Shown: positions 17,506-25,669 of the stretch, piece by piece
Layout: each line of letters opens with the position of its first letter
How positions within the stretch are numbered: the stretch's first letter is position 1
Assembly: GCA_016845365.1 (NCBI GenBank)
Contig: JAERST010000005.1
Span: 12,846-76,845 of the forward strand
DNA from: Methanobacteriota archaeon
Lineage (GTDB): Archaea > Thermoplasmatota > Poseidoniia > Poseidoniales > Thalassarchaeaceae
Direction of reading: 5' to 3'
DNA length: 64,000 nucleotides
Program-made: the position numbers and the translations under genes
Notes under the pieces: generated by a model
What the model saw: only the letters and a program-made list of their open reading frames with translations
What the model was told of the DNA's origin: nothing
Databases searched by the model: none

Positions 17506-18186
17506 ATGCGTACTGCACCTAAGGTGGTTCTAGGAATTGGCGGAGTTTTACTTGTAATCGGAATAGCTGTTACCATGTTAGGTGGTGCGTCGATCGATAA
17601 CGCCAACCCAGATAGTGAGGATTGGAGTGGCACTCTGATGTGGGAGGGGACTACTCCCACGACCTACGAAGGAAATTTTGATTGGACTCATACCTACAAT
17701 GTCTGGGTTGAGGAAGGCGAATCGGTCCAAGTCGAAGTATTAGATGGAGATGAGTATAATCGCTTCATTTCTTGTGAAGAGTTGGAGGATTGCTGGGTAT
17801 TTGATGAGGACGGAGCAATCGCAGGTTACGATTACATCGGTGAAATTTGGATAGAAGATTCTGGAAAGTTTGAGGTCACTTTCACCGCGGAACATGGCGG
17901 CAGCGTTGATGTGATGATTCGTGACGATTCTTTTTTTGGTGGCTTCCTCGGAATGATGGGTGGTTTCGGGGCTTGTTGCTTCGGCATCCTATTTCTGATA
18001 CTTGGAGGGATTCTCGCTGTGACAATGAAGGATGAACCGAAGGTGCAGATGTCGACGATTACTCCAATCGATAGCGATGGATCGGTTGTGATTCAAAACC
18101 CAGTAGCGGCGGAGTCAGTCGAATCCACTTCCGCCGATGATAATTCTCCGCCGAATGATGGCGACTGGTGGGAGAAAGAGAACTAA
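17506..18186 (+). CDS. two-TM membrane protein with acidic extracytoplasmic domain, unknown function
   Basis: ATG 17506 (ORF-track start 17488 is TTG). N-terminal TM is VVLGIGGVLLVIGIAVTML, followed by an acidic ~130-aa domain. The second TM is Gly/Cys-rich (GGFGACCFGILFLILGGILAV). The acidic tail ends in DGDWWEKEN. Confidence 0.55.
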   Translation: MRTAPKVVLGIGGVLLVIGIAVTMLGGASIDNANPDSEDWSGTLMWEGTTPTTYEGNFDWTHTYNVWVEEGESVQVEVLDGDEYNRFISCEELEDCWVFDEDGAIAGYDYIGEIWIEDSGKFEVTFTAEHGGSVDVMIRDDSFFGGFLGMMGGFGACCFGILFLILGGILAVTMKDEPKVQMSTITPIDSDGSVVIQNPVAAESVESTSADDNSPPNDGDWWEKEN

Positions 18187-18237
18187 GAATTCTGATTTAC
18201 CAATCTATCCTCGAATTAATTGTGAGGGAGGAATAAC

Positions 18238-18717
18238 ATGAAAAACCTCCGGGAATTACACTCGTTATACAGATTTTTTTCATCATCAAAGGTAGATAAA
18301 ATACTGATTTCTTCAGTATTATTTTTGCTTTTTTTATCTTATGTGAGCAATGCTCCGATTCTTGCTCAGATAGCAGGAACAGCCACCTTCGCATTGTTTC
18401 TGAAGGTTGTAATCTCAACAATGAAAGAAAATGCGCGTGAGGCTGAAAGAAAGAATCCTGATTTTGACCATGACAGCGAAGTTTTTACAAGAAGTACACT
18501 ATATATGGGACTAGTTCTCATATTTTCTGGATTACCAATGACTCTAATTGGAATCACAGGGTTATTTTCATTAGGAAATTTACCTGAAGAAAATGTTGGA
18601 TTATCTGTTCTAATAGAAATTTTTTGGACACCATTTGCATTCCTTTTGTCTGCTTCTGTTGGACTTGGTCTCCAATACATGGGATTGTATTCTTGCTGGC
18701 GTTACTTTACTCAATAA
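18238..18717 (+). CDS. hypothetical 4-TM membrane protein (AT-rich islet)
   Basis: ATG preceded by GGGAGG 8 nt upstream. The 159-aa frame has hydrophobic segments (ISSVLFLLFLSYV, IAGTATFALFLKVVI, LYMGLVLIFSGLPMTLIGITGLF, IEIFWTPFAFLLSASVGLGL). No family recognised. Confidence 0.5.
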   Translation: MKNLRELHSLYRFFSSSKVDKILISSVLFLLFLSYVSNAPILAQIAGTATFALFLKVVISTMKENAREAERKNPDFDHDSEVFTRSTLYMGLVLIFSGLPMTLIGITGLFSLGNLPEENVGLSVLIEIFWTPFAFLLSASVGLGLQYMGLYSCWRYFTQ

Positions 18718-18750
18718 TCAACTCGAATTAGTACGAGAAAATCCCCCGAA

Positions 18751-18817
18751 TCAATGGGTAGCCAATCGAAGGACGCACTGAAAGCCCTTTGAAAATCCAA
18801 ATCCGTTTCAATGGGTA
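18751..18817. repeat. two direct copies of TCAATGGGTA (18751-18760, 18808-18817)
   Basis: Exact 10-mers 57 nt apart in the spacer between the two islet ORFs. The same motif recurs in the palindrome at 19213-19232. Confidence 0.7.
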
Positions 18818-19167
18818 TTCGGATAGAACCTTGCGAATGGTCCGAATCGATTCTTCAAAGCCGGAGCAATTTTAATTTATTAGTGGGCTATCGAAAAACA
18901 ATGGTTGATACATTTCTCGAACACATGCTGAGACATATGAGGTGGGATCCATTCCGAAAAATTCGTGGTTATATTATAGGTATGATCCCAGAACCGGTTC
19001 GAAAAATCGTTGGTTTGATTCTGCTAATTTTCGGTGCTGTGGCACTGTTGAGGTTCTACCCCGGGATGTTGTTCTACATGATGTCTGACCTAATGTCTAT
19101 GATTACATTGTTTGTTGGTATATCTTCAATTGCTTTGGGCAGAATGTTTCTGAGACATAAAGGCTGA
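18811..19167 (+). CDS. hypothetical 2-TM membrane protein (AT-rich islet)
   Basis: 118-aa frame. A soluble N-terminal ~60 aa is followed by IVGLILLIFGAVALL and MSMITLFVGISSIALG. The ATG is embedded in a TTCAATGGGTA motif copy. No family recognised. Confidence 0.45.
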   Translation: MGIRIEPCEWSESILQSRSNFNLLVGYRKTMVDTFLEHMLRHMRWDPFRKIRGYIIGMIPEPVRKIVGLILLIFGAVALLRFYPGMLFYMMSDLMSMITLFVGISSIALGRMFLRHKG

Positions 19168-19212
19168 TGAAGTTAGTTTGAACACAAGGGGTTCCCTTGC
19201 GAAACCCGTCCT

Positions 19213-19232
19213 TTCAATGGGTACCCATTGAA
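19213..19232. promoter_or_regulatory. perfect 20-nt palindrome TTCAATGGGTACCCATTGAA between convergent genes (protein-binding site or bidirectional terminator hairpin)
   Basis: I checked that the sequence equals its own reverse complement. A CAAGGG-GTT-CCCTTG hairpin lies just upstream at 19185-19199. Confidence 0.6.
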
Positions 19233-19236
19233 TTGA

Positions 19237-19968
19237 TTATTCAGGGCCCCAAGGCGTAACTTGGCGAGTTAGACCAAGCCTGTGGGTGAAAAGGAATCTC
19301 AGATTGAGCAAACCATCGCCCCAGGTATTGATCTCAGCCTCTCCAACCCTCGGTCGGTAAGGTACGCTAACCTCTGCAGTCTTCTGCTTGCCGAGGTAGC
19401 GGCGAGCGCGTATCTTGAATTCCTGAGAGAGCGGCATTCCATCGTGCTTAGGCCGAACGCGCTCGTCCTCAAAAATCGACTTTCTGAACACCCACATCCC
19501 GCTCTGGGAATCGTGGACACCGTACCAGTAGAGCAGTTTTGCAGTGGTCGAGAGGACCCAGTTTCCGAAGCCGTGAATACCGGGCATAGCACCTTCTTCA
19601 GCGCGGCGAAGGCGGTCGCAGGTAATCCACTGAAGATCCTCCTCGATGAGCTTCTTGACGAGAGCTGGGACTTCTTCGCCGGGGTATGTGCAGTCGGCGT
19701 CCATTGTGATGATTATCTCACCGGGAGCCATTGCAAATCCAGTCTTGTAAGCGCGTCCGTAGCCCTTGCGTGGTTCGAGGTACACCGTTGCACCCTCCTG
19801 TTCGGCCAACTCGCGCGTGCGGTCGGTTGAGTTTCCATCGATGATGAGGAAATCGAGTGTTTGGCACCAGCCATCGTTGGGGACGGAGCGAATCGTATCG
19901 ACGATGGCTGCCTCCTCATTTCGAGTCGGGATAACCACTGTTACGTGGACAGGTAGGGTTTCAGTCAT
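19237..19968 (-). CDS. family 2 glycosyltransferase (dolichyl-phosphate hexose synthase-like)
   Basis: VTVVIPTRNEEAAI N-terminal motif, DADCTYP (DxD), 243 aa. Confidence 0.8.
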   Translation of the reverse strand: MTETLPVHVTVVIPTRNEEAAIVDTIRSVPNDGWCQTLDFLIIDGNSTDRTRELAEQEGATVYLEPRKGYGRAYKTGFAMAPGEIIITMDADCTYPGEEVPALVKKLIEEDLQWITCDRLRRAEEGAMPGIHGFGNWVLSTTAKLLYWYGVHDSQSGMWVFRKSIFEDERVRPKHDGMPLSQEFKIRARRYLGKQKTAEVSVPYRPRVGEAEINTWGDGLLNLRFLFTHRLGLTRQVTPWGPE

Positions 19969-20101
19969 CTGAATCGAATCGGGCGACCTGCCGATTCGCT
20001 ATGAATGATGCTGGTTCGGGGGTTCGTCGTGATTCCTCGTGTGTGGCGACGCGAAGCCCATTCGATTGAAATGAGCGTTAGGCGAGCGCGGGGCGGTTGG
20101 G

Positions 20102-21295
20102 ATGGGTCTGCACATCGCCATGTTGTCGGCTGAATACCCGCCCCGATGGGGTGGGATGGGCTCGACCGTCTTCCATCTCTCGGCTGCTTTGGTCGAGCGC
20201 GGCCACCGCGTTAGTGTGATTACTCGTAAGGGCGGTGGCGAGGCTCCGGCGCAGGATGGAGTTAGTGTTCGTGAAGTTGATTGGTTGTATGCGCCGATGG
20301 CTTTCACCAAGTCGTATGGTAAGCATGCGCTCGCAGATCTCAAGAAATTACACGCGAGCGACCCTGTTGATGTCGTCCACTTGCACTGTCCAATGATTTC
20401 GTGGACAGCGGCGCAGTTTGTCGATTGTCAGGAAAATGTCGCGCCGATTGTCTCCTCGCTGCACGGTTCATGGTTAGGCGAGCGCGATGGTCTTCGTACG
20501 GCCGCTGCCCAGAAGGAAGCGGCCGTTTGGGCAAATCCGAATGACCTCGCGATTCTCTTGACCGCCGGCCATTATGCCAAATTTGAGCGGGCGGCGCTGG
20601 CGGGATCAAGCATTTGTGTGGCTAATTCTGCGGCGACCAAGGCGGACTTCCTCGAGCGATATTCTCCGCCAGAAGATTGGTCCTGCGAGGTCATTCATTG
20701 GGGTGTTGACACAGAGATGTTTCATCCGACCGACGAGCCGCGCGAGACTGAAACCCAACTCCTGCTCGCGGTCGGTCGGCTCGCCGCGCGCAAGGGATAT
20801 GGTTCTCTGCTGCGCGCCTTCGCCGAAGTCAAGAAGCGTCGGCCGAACACAGAACTCCTCATCGTCGGCCGCGGTGACCTCCGAAAAAAACTAGAGAAAA
20901 AGGCCGAGAAACTCGGTATTGGCGGGTCGGTTCGTATAGACTCTGGAATGCCGTTCGACGAGCTCGCAGCCCAATTCCGCAATGCCGACCTCGTCGTCTA
21001 CCCATCTTACTACGAAGGACAGGGCCTCATCCCCCTCGAAGCGATGGCCTCTGGAACCCCGGTAGCAACCGTCGACCACGGCCCACTTCCAGAAATGGTC
21101 GACGAGTCGGTGGGCACCCTCTTCACGATGGCCGACACCGACTCGATGTCAAGCGCTATCCTCACCCTTCTCGCAGACAAAGAGAGCCTCGCAGCCCGCG
21201 GGCGCGCAGGGCGTGAACGCGTCCTCCAGAGTTTCACCTACGGGCGAAACGCAGAGCAATTTGAGGCGATTTACCAGCAAGTTTCCGACCGTTGA
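20102..21295 (+). CDS. family 4 (GT-B, group 1) glycosyltransferase
   Basis: N-terminal IAMLSAEYPPRWGGMGSTVFHLSAALVERGHRV. C-terminal E-x7-E region YEGQGLIPLEAMASGTPV. Confidence 0.85.
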   Translation: MGLHIAMLSAEYPPRWGGMGSTVFHLSAALVERGHRVSVITRKGGGEAPAQDGVSVREVDWLYAPMAFTKSYGKHALADLKKLHASDPVDVVHLHCPMISWTAAQFVDCQENVAPIVSSLHGSWLGERDGLRTAAAQKEAAVWANPNDLAILLTAGHYAKFERAALAGSSICVANSAATKADFLERYSPPEDWSCEVIHWGVDTEMFHPTDEPRETETQLLLAVGRLAARKGYGSLLRAFAEVKKRRPNTELLIVGRGDLRKKLEKKAEKLGIGGSVRIDSGMPFDELAAQFRNADLVVYPSYYEGQGLIPLEAMASGTPVATVDHGPLPEMVDESVGTLFTMADTDSMSSAILTLLADKESLAARGRAGRERVLQSFTYGRNAEQFEAIYQQVSDR

Positions 21296-21309
21296 CCGGG
21301 GAGAAGTTG

Positions 21310-22413
21310 ATGGGGGCTGACCTCACCGTCGGGGGCGTGAGCACGAACGAGACACGAGGATTCCGAGGGGTCGAAGTAAGCACTTTGAGCAATATTGCGA
21401 TTCTGCTTTTGATTAGCGTTCTTGCGATTATTCACCTCAAGTCAATCCTCCAACCACTGGTCGTCGCCACACTTCTTTTCTTCCTCATCCGCCCACCTGC
21501 GCAATGGTTGGAAGAGAGGTATGGGCATCCGCTGGCGGCCTATGGAATCCTGATGACCGGCGTCGTGATGGCGATTCTAATCGGAGCCGACATTCTGTAT
21601 CAGAGCTTACAGGATTTCAGTTCGGAGGCGGATAGACTCTCGAGCGAGATGCGCGAGAAATTGCTTTGGCTCGAGGATTTGACGATTTACGGATATTCGT
21701 TTGATACTAGCGCTCTGACCGAATTGGTTACGGTTGAGCGCATCAACGAAATTGCTACTGGATTCGTTGGAACGCTGGCTGGATTTACCGGTAGTGCGGT
21801 TACCGTTTTCATCTTCTTGATCTTCATCATCGTCGAGGCTGAGACTCTTCCTCGCAGGTTGGAGGCAGCATATCCTGAGGAGATGGATCGCTTCGCTTCG
21901 ATTGTTGAGAATTCGGGGGCTGGAATCAATACCTACGTGATTACGAAGGCTTCGGTGGCTTTCGGTCAAGCGGTTATCGTCGCTATTATTCTCAGTTACA
22001 TGGGTATTCCTGGTTGGTTCATGTGGGCTTCGATTACCTTCTTGTTGGACTTCGTTCCTTATGTCGGGGCTCCTTTGTCGTTTATTCCGCCCGCGATTAT
22101 TTCCTTCATTTTGTATGACCCATTGACTGCTGGGCTGATACTTGGTGCGCTCTTTGCTAATCAGGTGGCTTGGGGCCAATTTGTCGAGCCTCAATTGGCG
22201 GGTCAGCGCTTGGATATGTCTCCGATTGTTTTGTTGATTCTCGTTGCCTTCTGGGGCTGGGCCTGGGGAATCATGGGATTGATTCTCGGCATTCCGCTTG
22301 CTGTAATCATCAAATTAGGGCTTGAGAGTGACCCGCGGACGCGGCCAATTGCCATGCTATTATCGCTGAATCCTAAGCCGCTTGGGGCGGACTCGGACGA
22401 CGAGTCTGAGTGA
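21310..22413 (+). CDS. AI-2E (PerM/UPF0118) family transporter
   Basis: Multi-TM protein with family-typical blocks: LLDFVPYVGAPLSFIPPAII, GQFVEPQLAGQRLDMSPIVLLI, FWGWAWGIMGLILGIPLAV. ATG 21310 chosen because the ORF-track start 21292 is TTG. Confidence 0.8.
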   Translation: MGADLTVGGVSTNETRGFRGVEVSTLSNIAILLLISVLAIIHLKSILQPLVVATLLFFLIRPPAQWLEERYGHPLAAYGILMTGVVMAILIGADILYQSLQDFSSEADRLSSEMREKLLWLEDLTIYGYSFDTSALTELVTVERINEIATGFVGTLAGFTGSAVTVFIFLIFIIVEAETLPRRLEAAYPEEMDRFASIVENSGAGINTYVITKASVAFGQAVIVAIILSYMGIPGWFMWASITFLLDFVPYVGAPLSFIPPAIISFILYDPLTAGLILGALFANQVAWGQFVEPQLAGQRLDMSPIVLLILVAFWGWAWGIMGLILGIPLAVIIKLGLESDPRTRPIAMLLSLNPKPLGADSDDESE

Positions 22414-22446
22414 GTCCAAACCTCGGACTGAGTGGCTCCCTCGACC

Positions 22447-23052
22447 TCAGTTGTGGATGATCACCGCAAGGATTCCGTCGGCGTGGATGCTGATTGGTTG
22501 GCCGAGCGATTGGTTGTGCAAGCCTCTTGTCGAGAATGTGAGTGGCTCGGCTGATAGGTTCCAGCGGGCGCCCTCGATACTGACGATCTGGCAGGATTCG
22601 AGGGCGAAAACTGAGAATTCATCCCCTTTGGGGATGATGAGTTCGAGCGCACCGTCTTGCGGGTGCGCTCTGATGGTAATCCCGCCTGCGTGATGCAGGC
22701 GGATATCGAGGCCCGCGGGGGCCTCGGTTAGGGCTGCCCAAGTTCCCAATATGTGGTCGGGGCAGCCCCCATCGATTCCAACGATATCGATCTCGGTAAA
22801 GCCCCGCGTCTGCAGAAGGCTGAGGGACTTGGCGAGGTCGCTCGCGGAATCGTCTGAAAGTACGGTCGACCGACCTTTCCATTCTGCAGGGTCGACCGAA
22901 TCGAGGTCACCGAATACCTCGGCGACCTCAAATCCGGCGGCTGCGGCTTTGGCCGCGCCGCCATCGACGCCGAAGAGTTCGGCGTCTTCGAGTAATGGAG
23001 TGACCAGTTCTCGGGCGGGAGTCTCTCCATTGCACCATAGGACCGCGCGCAT
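22447..23052 (-). CDS. thiamine pyrophosphokinase
   Basis: VDGGA...FGDLDS (GDFDS-type motif), DDSASDLAKSL (D-x-TD-x-x-KAL equivalent), GIDGGCPDHILG (GGR-x-DH) and a C-terminal thiamine-binding beta domain. The start abuts the upstream stop. Confidence 0.75.
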   Translation of the reverse strand: MRAVLWCNGETPARELVTPLLEDAELFGVDGGAAKAAAAGFEVAEVFGDLDSVDPAEWKGRSTVLSDDSASDLAKSLSLLQTRGFTEIDIVGIDGGCPDHILGTWAALTEAPAGLDIRLHHAGGITIRAHPQDGALELIIPKGDEFSVFALESCQIVSIEGARWNLSAEPLTFSTRGLHNQSLGQPISIHADGILAVIIHN

Positions 23053-24084
23053 TCATCTCACCTTCGCGGTCACCTTTCCGTCGACCAGAAGGTCGACGTC
23101 TTCGAGGGCTACGCTCGCCTTGCGGCAAACCCCTCGCATGTGGAGAGGAACGTTGACCGAGCCGCCGAGTGGCAAATTGTTTCCAAATCCAAAGTAAGCC
23201 CCGCCTCTGAAAACCAAGTCCTCGAGGGCATTTCCTACGAGCCTCGCCCGAGGGTTCATTCCGAAGCCAAATTCTGCAAAATTTCCAATGAGGGAGGCCT
23301 TTGAAGGGCGAAGTCCGGTCTTGGCTGCTTCCATTCGGCGGCTGATGTCTTCGGCTAATTCGCCGCCGCTGACATCGGTAATGACTCCCTCTTCGATGAG
23401 AATCGAGATTGGGGAGTCGAGTTTCTCTCCTTCCCAAGAACCATCGATGACTATTCGCCCGTGGGCAGTACCTTCCTTTGGCAAGACGAAGACCTTGCCC
23501 GCTGGTAGATTTGTGATAGCTCCCGGGCGATTGCAGATTCCATTATCTTCCAAGATCCACCGACCGCCGGTCGTGAATTTCAGGTCGGTGCCCGCCTCGC
23601 TGGTGACGTGGACTTCACGACGCCGTCTCAGCAAAGGATTCAGCCCTGAGATTTCCTTTTGCAAGGCATTGTAATCCGCAGTCATCCCGCCACTCGCGAA
23701 TGTCACTTCATCGATTCCGGGCAGCGAGGCGATGCGCACATTCTCTCGAGATGCCGTTGCACGTGCCCTCGTGTGGGTGAGAGAATGCTTCGTCGCCATC
23801 AGTACAACGTCTTGGCGACGCATCAAGTCGGCCACCGGATTCGGTGGTTCAGACCCCTCCCGGTGGCCGGGTGGCATCATCATCAGGAGTACTCGGTCGG
23901 TAACCTCCGCCGCAGCCTCGTACAGAGCCCGACCGACTTCAGAAGATTCAGGGTCGGTAATCACCAGAACCGACTCGACAGAGCGCACTTGCATGCAGGT
24001 ACGCACAACCGATCTTGCGGCGGTGAGCATGGCTTTGGCCTGCTCTTCCTGCTCCGCCTCACGTTCGTCCTCTGCTTCGCTCAT
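23053..24084 (-). CDS. M29-like aminopeptidase (AmpS/aminopeptidase T family)
   Basis: Pattern ARSVVRTCMQV..ESVLVITD...EPPNPVADLM..DVVL...SLTHT.A...IASLPGI...VHVTSEAGTDLKF...NLPAGKVFVLP...G.IVIDGS matches the COG2309-type aminopeptidase layout. Confidence 0.7.
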   Translation of the reverse strand: MSEAEDEREAEQEEQAKAMLTAARSVVRTCMQVRSVESVLVITDPESSEVGRALYEAAAEVTDRVLLMMMPPGHREGSEPPNPVADLMRRQDVVLMATKHSLTHTRARATASRENVRIASLPGIDEVTFASGGMTADYNALQKEISGLNPLLRRRREVHVTSEAGTDLKFTTGGRWILEDNGICNRPGAITNLPAGKVFVLPKEGTAHGRIVIDGSWEGEKLDSPISILIEEGVITDVSGGELAEDISRRMEAAKTGLRPSKASLIGNFAEFGFGMNPRARLVGNALEDLVFRGGAYFGFGNNLPLGGSVNVPLHMRGVCRKASVALEDVDLLVDGKVTAKVR

Positions 24085-24207
24085 CGCAACGCCTGCGGGA
24101 GGGCGCTTCCCCTTATTGAAAGCCGCTACGTCGGCGCGTTAAGCCGTCCGTGACTTGTCAAATCATCTCACCACGCGCCTCTTAGCCAAACCTGCCTACG
24201 CCTCCTC

Positions 24208-25122
24208 ATGGATGGAGTGTACGCTGTCCGTGCTTACACCCTGCTCGCGGTAGCCGCGCTGCTGGCTGGTGGGTGGATGCTGAATGAGGCTCCCTCGCCC
24301 GGTCCTGAGGATGATAATGCCGGCTTATCGGTAGTCAATTTTGATAGTGAGCCGGCCGCCGCAGGGGACTCCTCCGAAGATGATGACAAGGGCGATGACC
24401 AAGGCGATGACCAAGGCGAGGGTCAAGGACAGGGCGAGGGCGAGAGCGCGGAGGCTCCTGTTGTGCAACGCGGTCTCGACTCTGATGATTCGTCTCATGG
24501 GATTGCTCTGCCAACCAGATTGTTGGCTGGTGGTGGGGCTGCGCTCGGTTCGCTTGCGGTTGGTTCTGTGCTCTTTGAGGCGATGCGCGTCACCGTGCTG
24601 ATTGCGCTGGCTGCTCCACTGGTTGCGCGCATGAAGGCGAATCGCGAGGATATGCTGACGCGCGGTCGCTTGTTGGGTTATCTCGAAGCGAACGCTGGGA
24701 TTCATTTCTCTGCGCTTCGAGACGCGCTGGGGTTGGCGAATGGCGTGACCGCTTACCATTTGCACACTTTGGAAAATACTGGCGAGGTCATCTCTTGGCG
24801 AGATGGGAAGTTGCGTCGGTACGCCATTTCGAGCCTGTCGAAGGAGGAGCTGAGTCGGATTCGTAACCCAATTGCCGGGACTCGTTTGGCGATCCTTGAG
24901 GTGCTCGCTGAATCCGGTCACCTCGGATTGCAGGGAGCTGAGATTCGCACCAAGTTGGAGATTTCGAGGCAATTGCTCAGCCATCATTTGGCGGAGTTGC
25001 GGACGGCTGAATTGGTCGAGGCGGCGAGTGAGGCCAGACGCCCGAATTGGCGGCTATCCGATGTTGGAATCGATGTTCTGCTGACCAGCCGCGAAGTCGC
25101 ACGAATCGAAGCGGCTGGTTGA
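24208..25122 (+). CDS. membrane-tethered transcriptional regulator with two C-terminal winged-helix domains
   Basis: TM1 is YTLLAVAALLAGGWML, followed by an acidic low-complexity loop (DDDKGDDQGDDQGEGQGQGEGES). Two further hydrophobic segments come before wHTH 1 (LLGYLEANAGIHFSALRDALGLANGVTAYHLHTLENTGEVISWRDGKLRRY) and wHTH 2 (RLAILEVLAESG...ISRQLLSHHLAELRTAELVE). Confidence 0.65.
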   Translation: MDGVYAVRAYTLLAVAALLAGGWMLNEAPSPGPEDDNAGLSVVNFDSEPAAAGDSSEDDDKGDDQGDDQGEGQGQGEGESAEAPVVQRGLDSDDSSHGIALPTRLLAGGGAALGSLAVGSVLFEAMRVTVLIALAAPLVARMKANREDMLTRGRLLGYLEANAGIHFSALRDALGLANGVTAYHLHTLENTGEVISWRDGKLRRYAISSLSKEELSRIRNPIAGTRLAILEVLAESGHLGLQGAEIRTKLEISRQLLSHHLAELRTAELVEAASEARRPNWRLSDVGIDVLLTSREVARIEAAG

Positions 25123-25304
25123 GTCGCTAGCTGGCGGTCCACCGAGTATCCGGTTGAACAATCGACTCACAGGCTCACCGCCATCGCCATCCGAAATCCG
25201 GAATCTGAGCGACAACAGGCTCGCAGTTATCCGAATCGCTGTGAAGCATAAGTGAAGCAGGAATGGAAGTTGCTTAAGTTGCGGATGCAGATGATTCCGG
25301 ATTG

Positions 25305-25505
25305 ATGACCCACAACGCGGACATGCACTTCGCGGCGCTGATTTTCATGGTCGGCGCCGGCGGGCTCGCCTCCGTTTTGGAGGTGGGCGTGGCTGAACAG
25401 GCAAACGCCATGAGCAAGGAGGAGGATGATACAGATGATCCGGCACCAACGCCCTGGTTTAACGATCTGAATCCCGAGCTCATCGAGACGCGTTACACGG
25501 CTTGA
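25305..25505 (+). CDS. possible small single-TM protein (66 aa)
   Basis: Strong G/C preference at third codon positions, like neighbouring genes. One TM (HFAALIFMVGAGGLASVLEVGV) and an acidic tail. No homology recognised. Confidence 0.35.
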   Translation: MTHNADMHFAALIFMVGAGGLASVLEVGVAEQANAMSKEEDDTDDPAPTPWFNDLNPELIETRYTA

Positions 25506-25560
25506 GAGTTACTTGGGAGTCGCTCAAGAGTTACTTGGGAGTCGCTCAAGAGTCGCTCAA
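25506..25560. repeat. 22-bp tandem direct repeat, 2.5 copies (GAGTTACTTGGGAGTCGCTCAA x2 + GAGTCGCTCAA)
   Basis: Exact copies at 25506-25527 and 25528-25549. A partial copy lacking the internal TTACTTGGGAG lies at 25550-25560. The repeat starts immediately after the TGA of the small ORF. Confidence 0.85.
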
Positions 25561-25669
25561 GCGTCCCCCAAGATGCACTCCTCACGTACGCGTAAGGGAA
25601 TGAATCTCCGTGCAAACGTAAAATCATCTTACCAACCGCTTGATATCCACCCCAGCATCCCCTCACAAC

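Larger units (their letters stand above)
18187..19235. other. AT-rich compositional islet
   Basis: 60-nt spot counts are 28% G+C (18301-18360) and 42% (18901-18960), against about 60% in flanking genes. The switch is sharp at the stop of the upstream gene (18186) and at the 3' end of the GT2 gene (19237). Confidence 0.6.

Noticed and set aside
25506-25560. Possible CRISPR array or other spaced repeat array.
   Set aside because: It has only 2.5 directly abutting 22-bp units with no spacers, and no cas genes. Nothing elsewhere in the window shows repeat-spacer periodicity.
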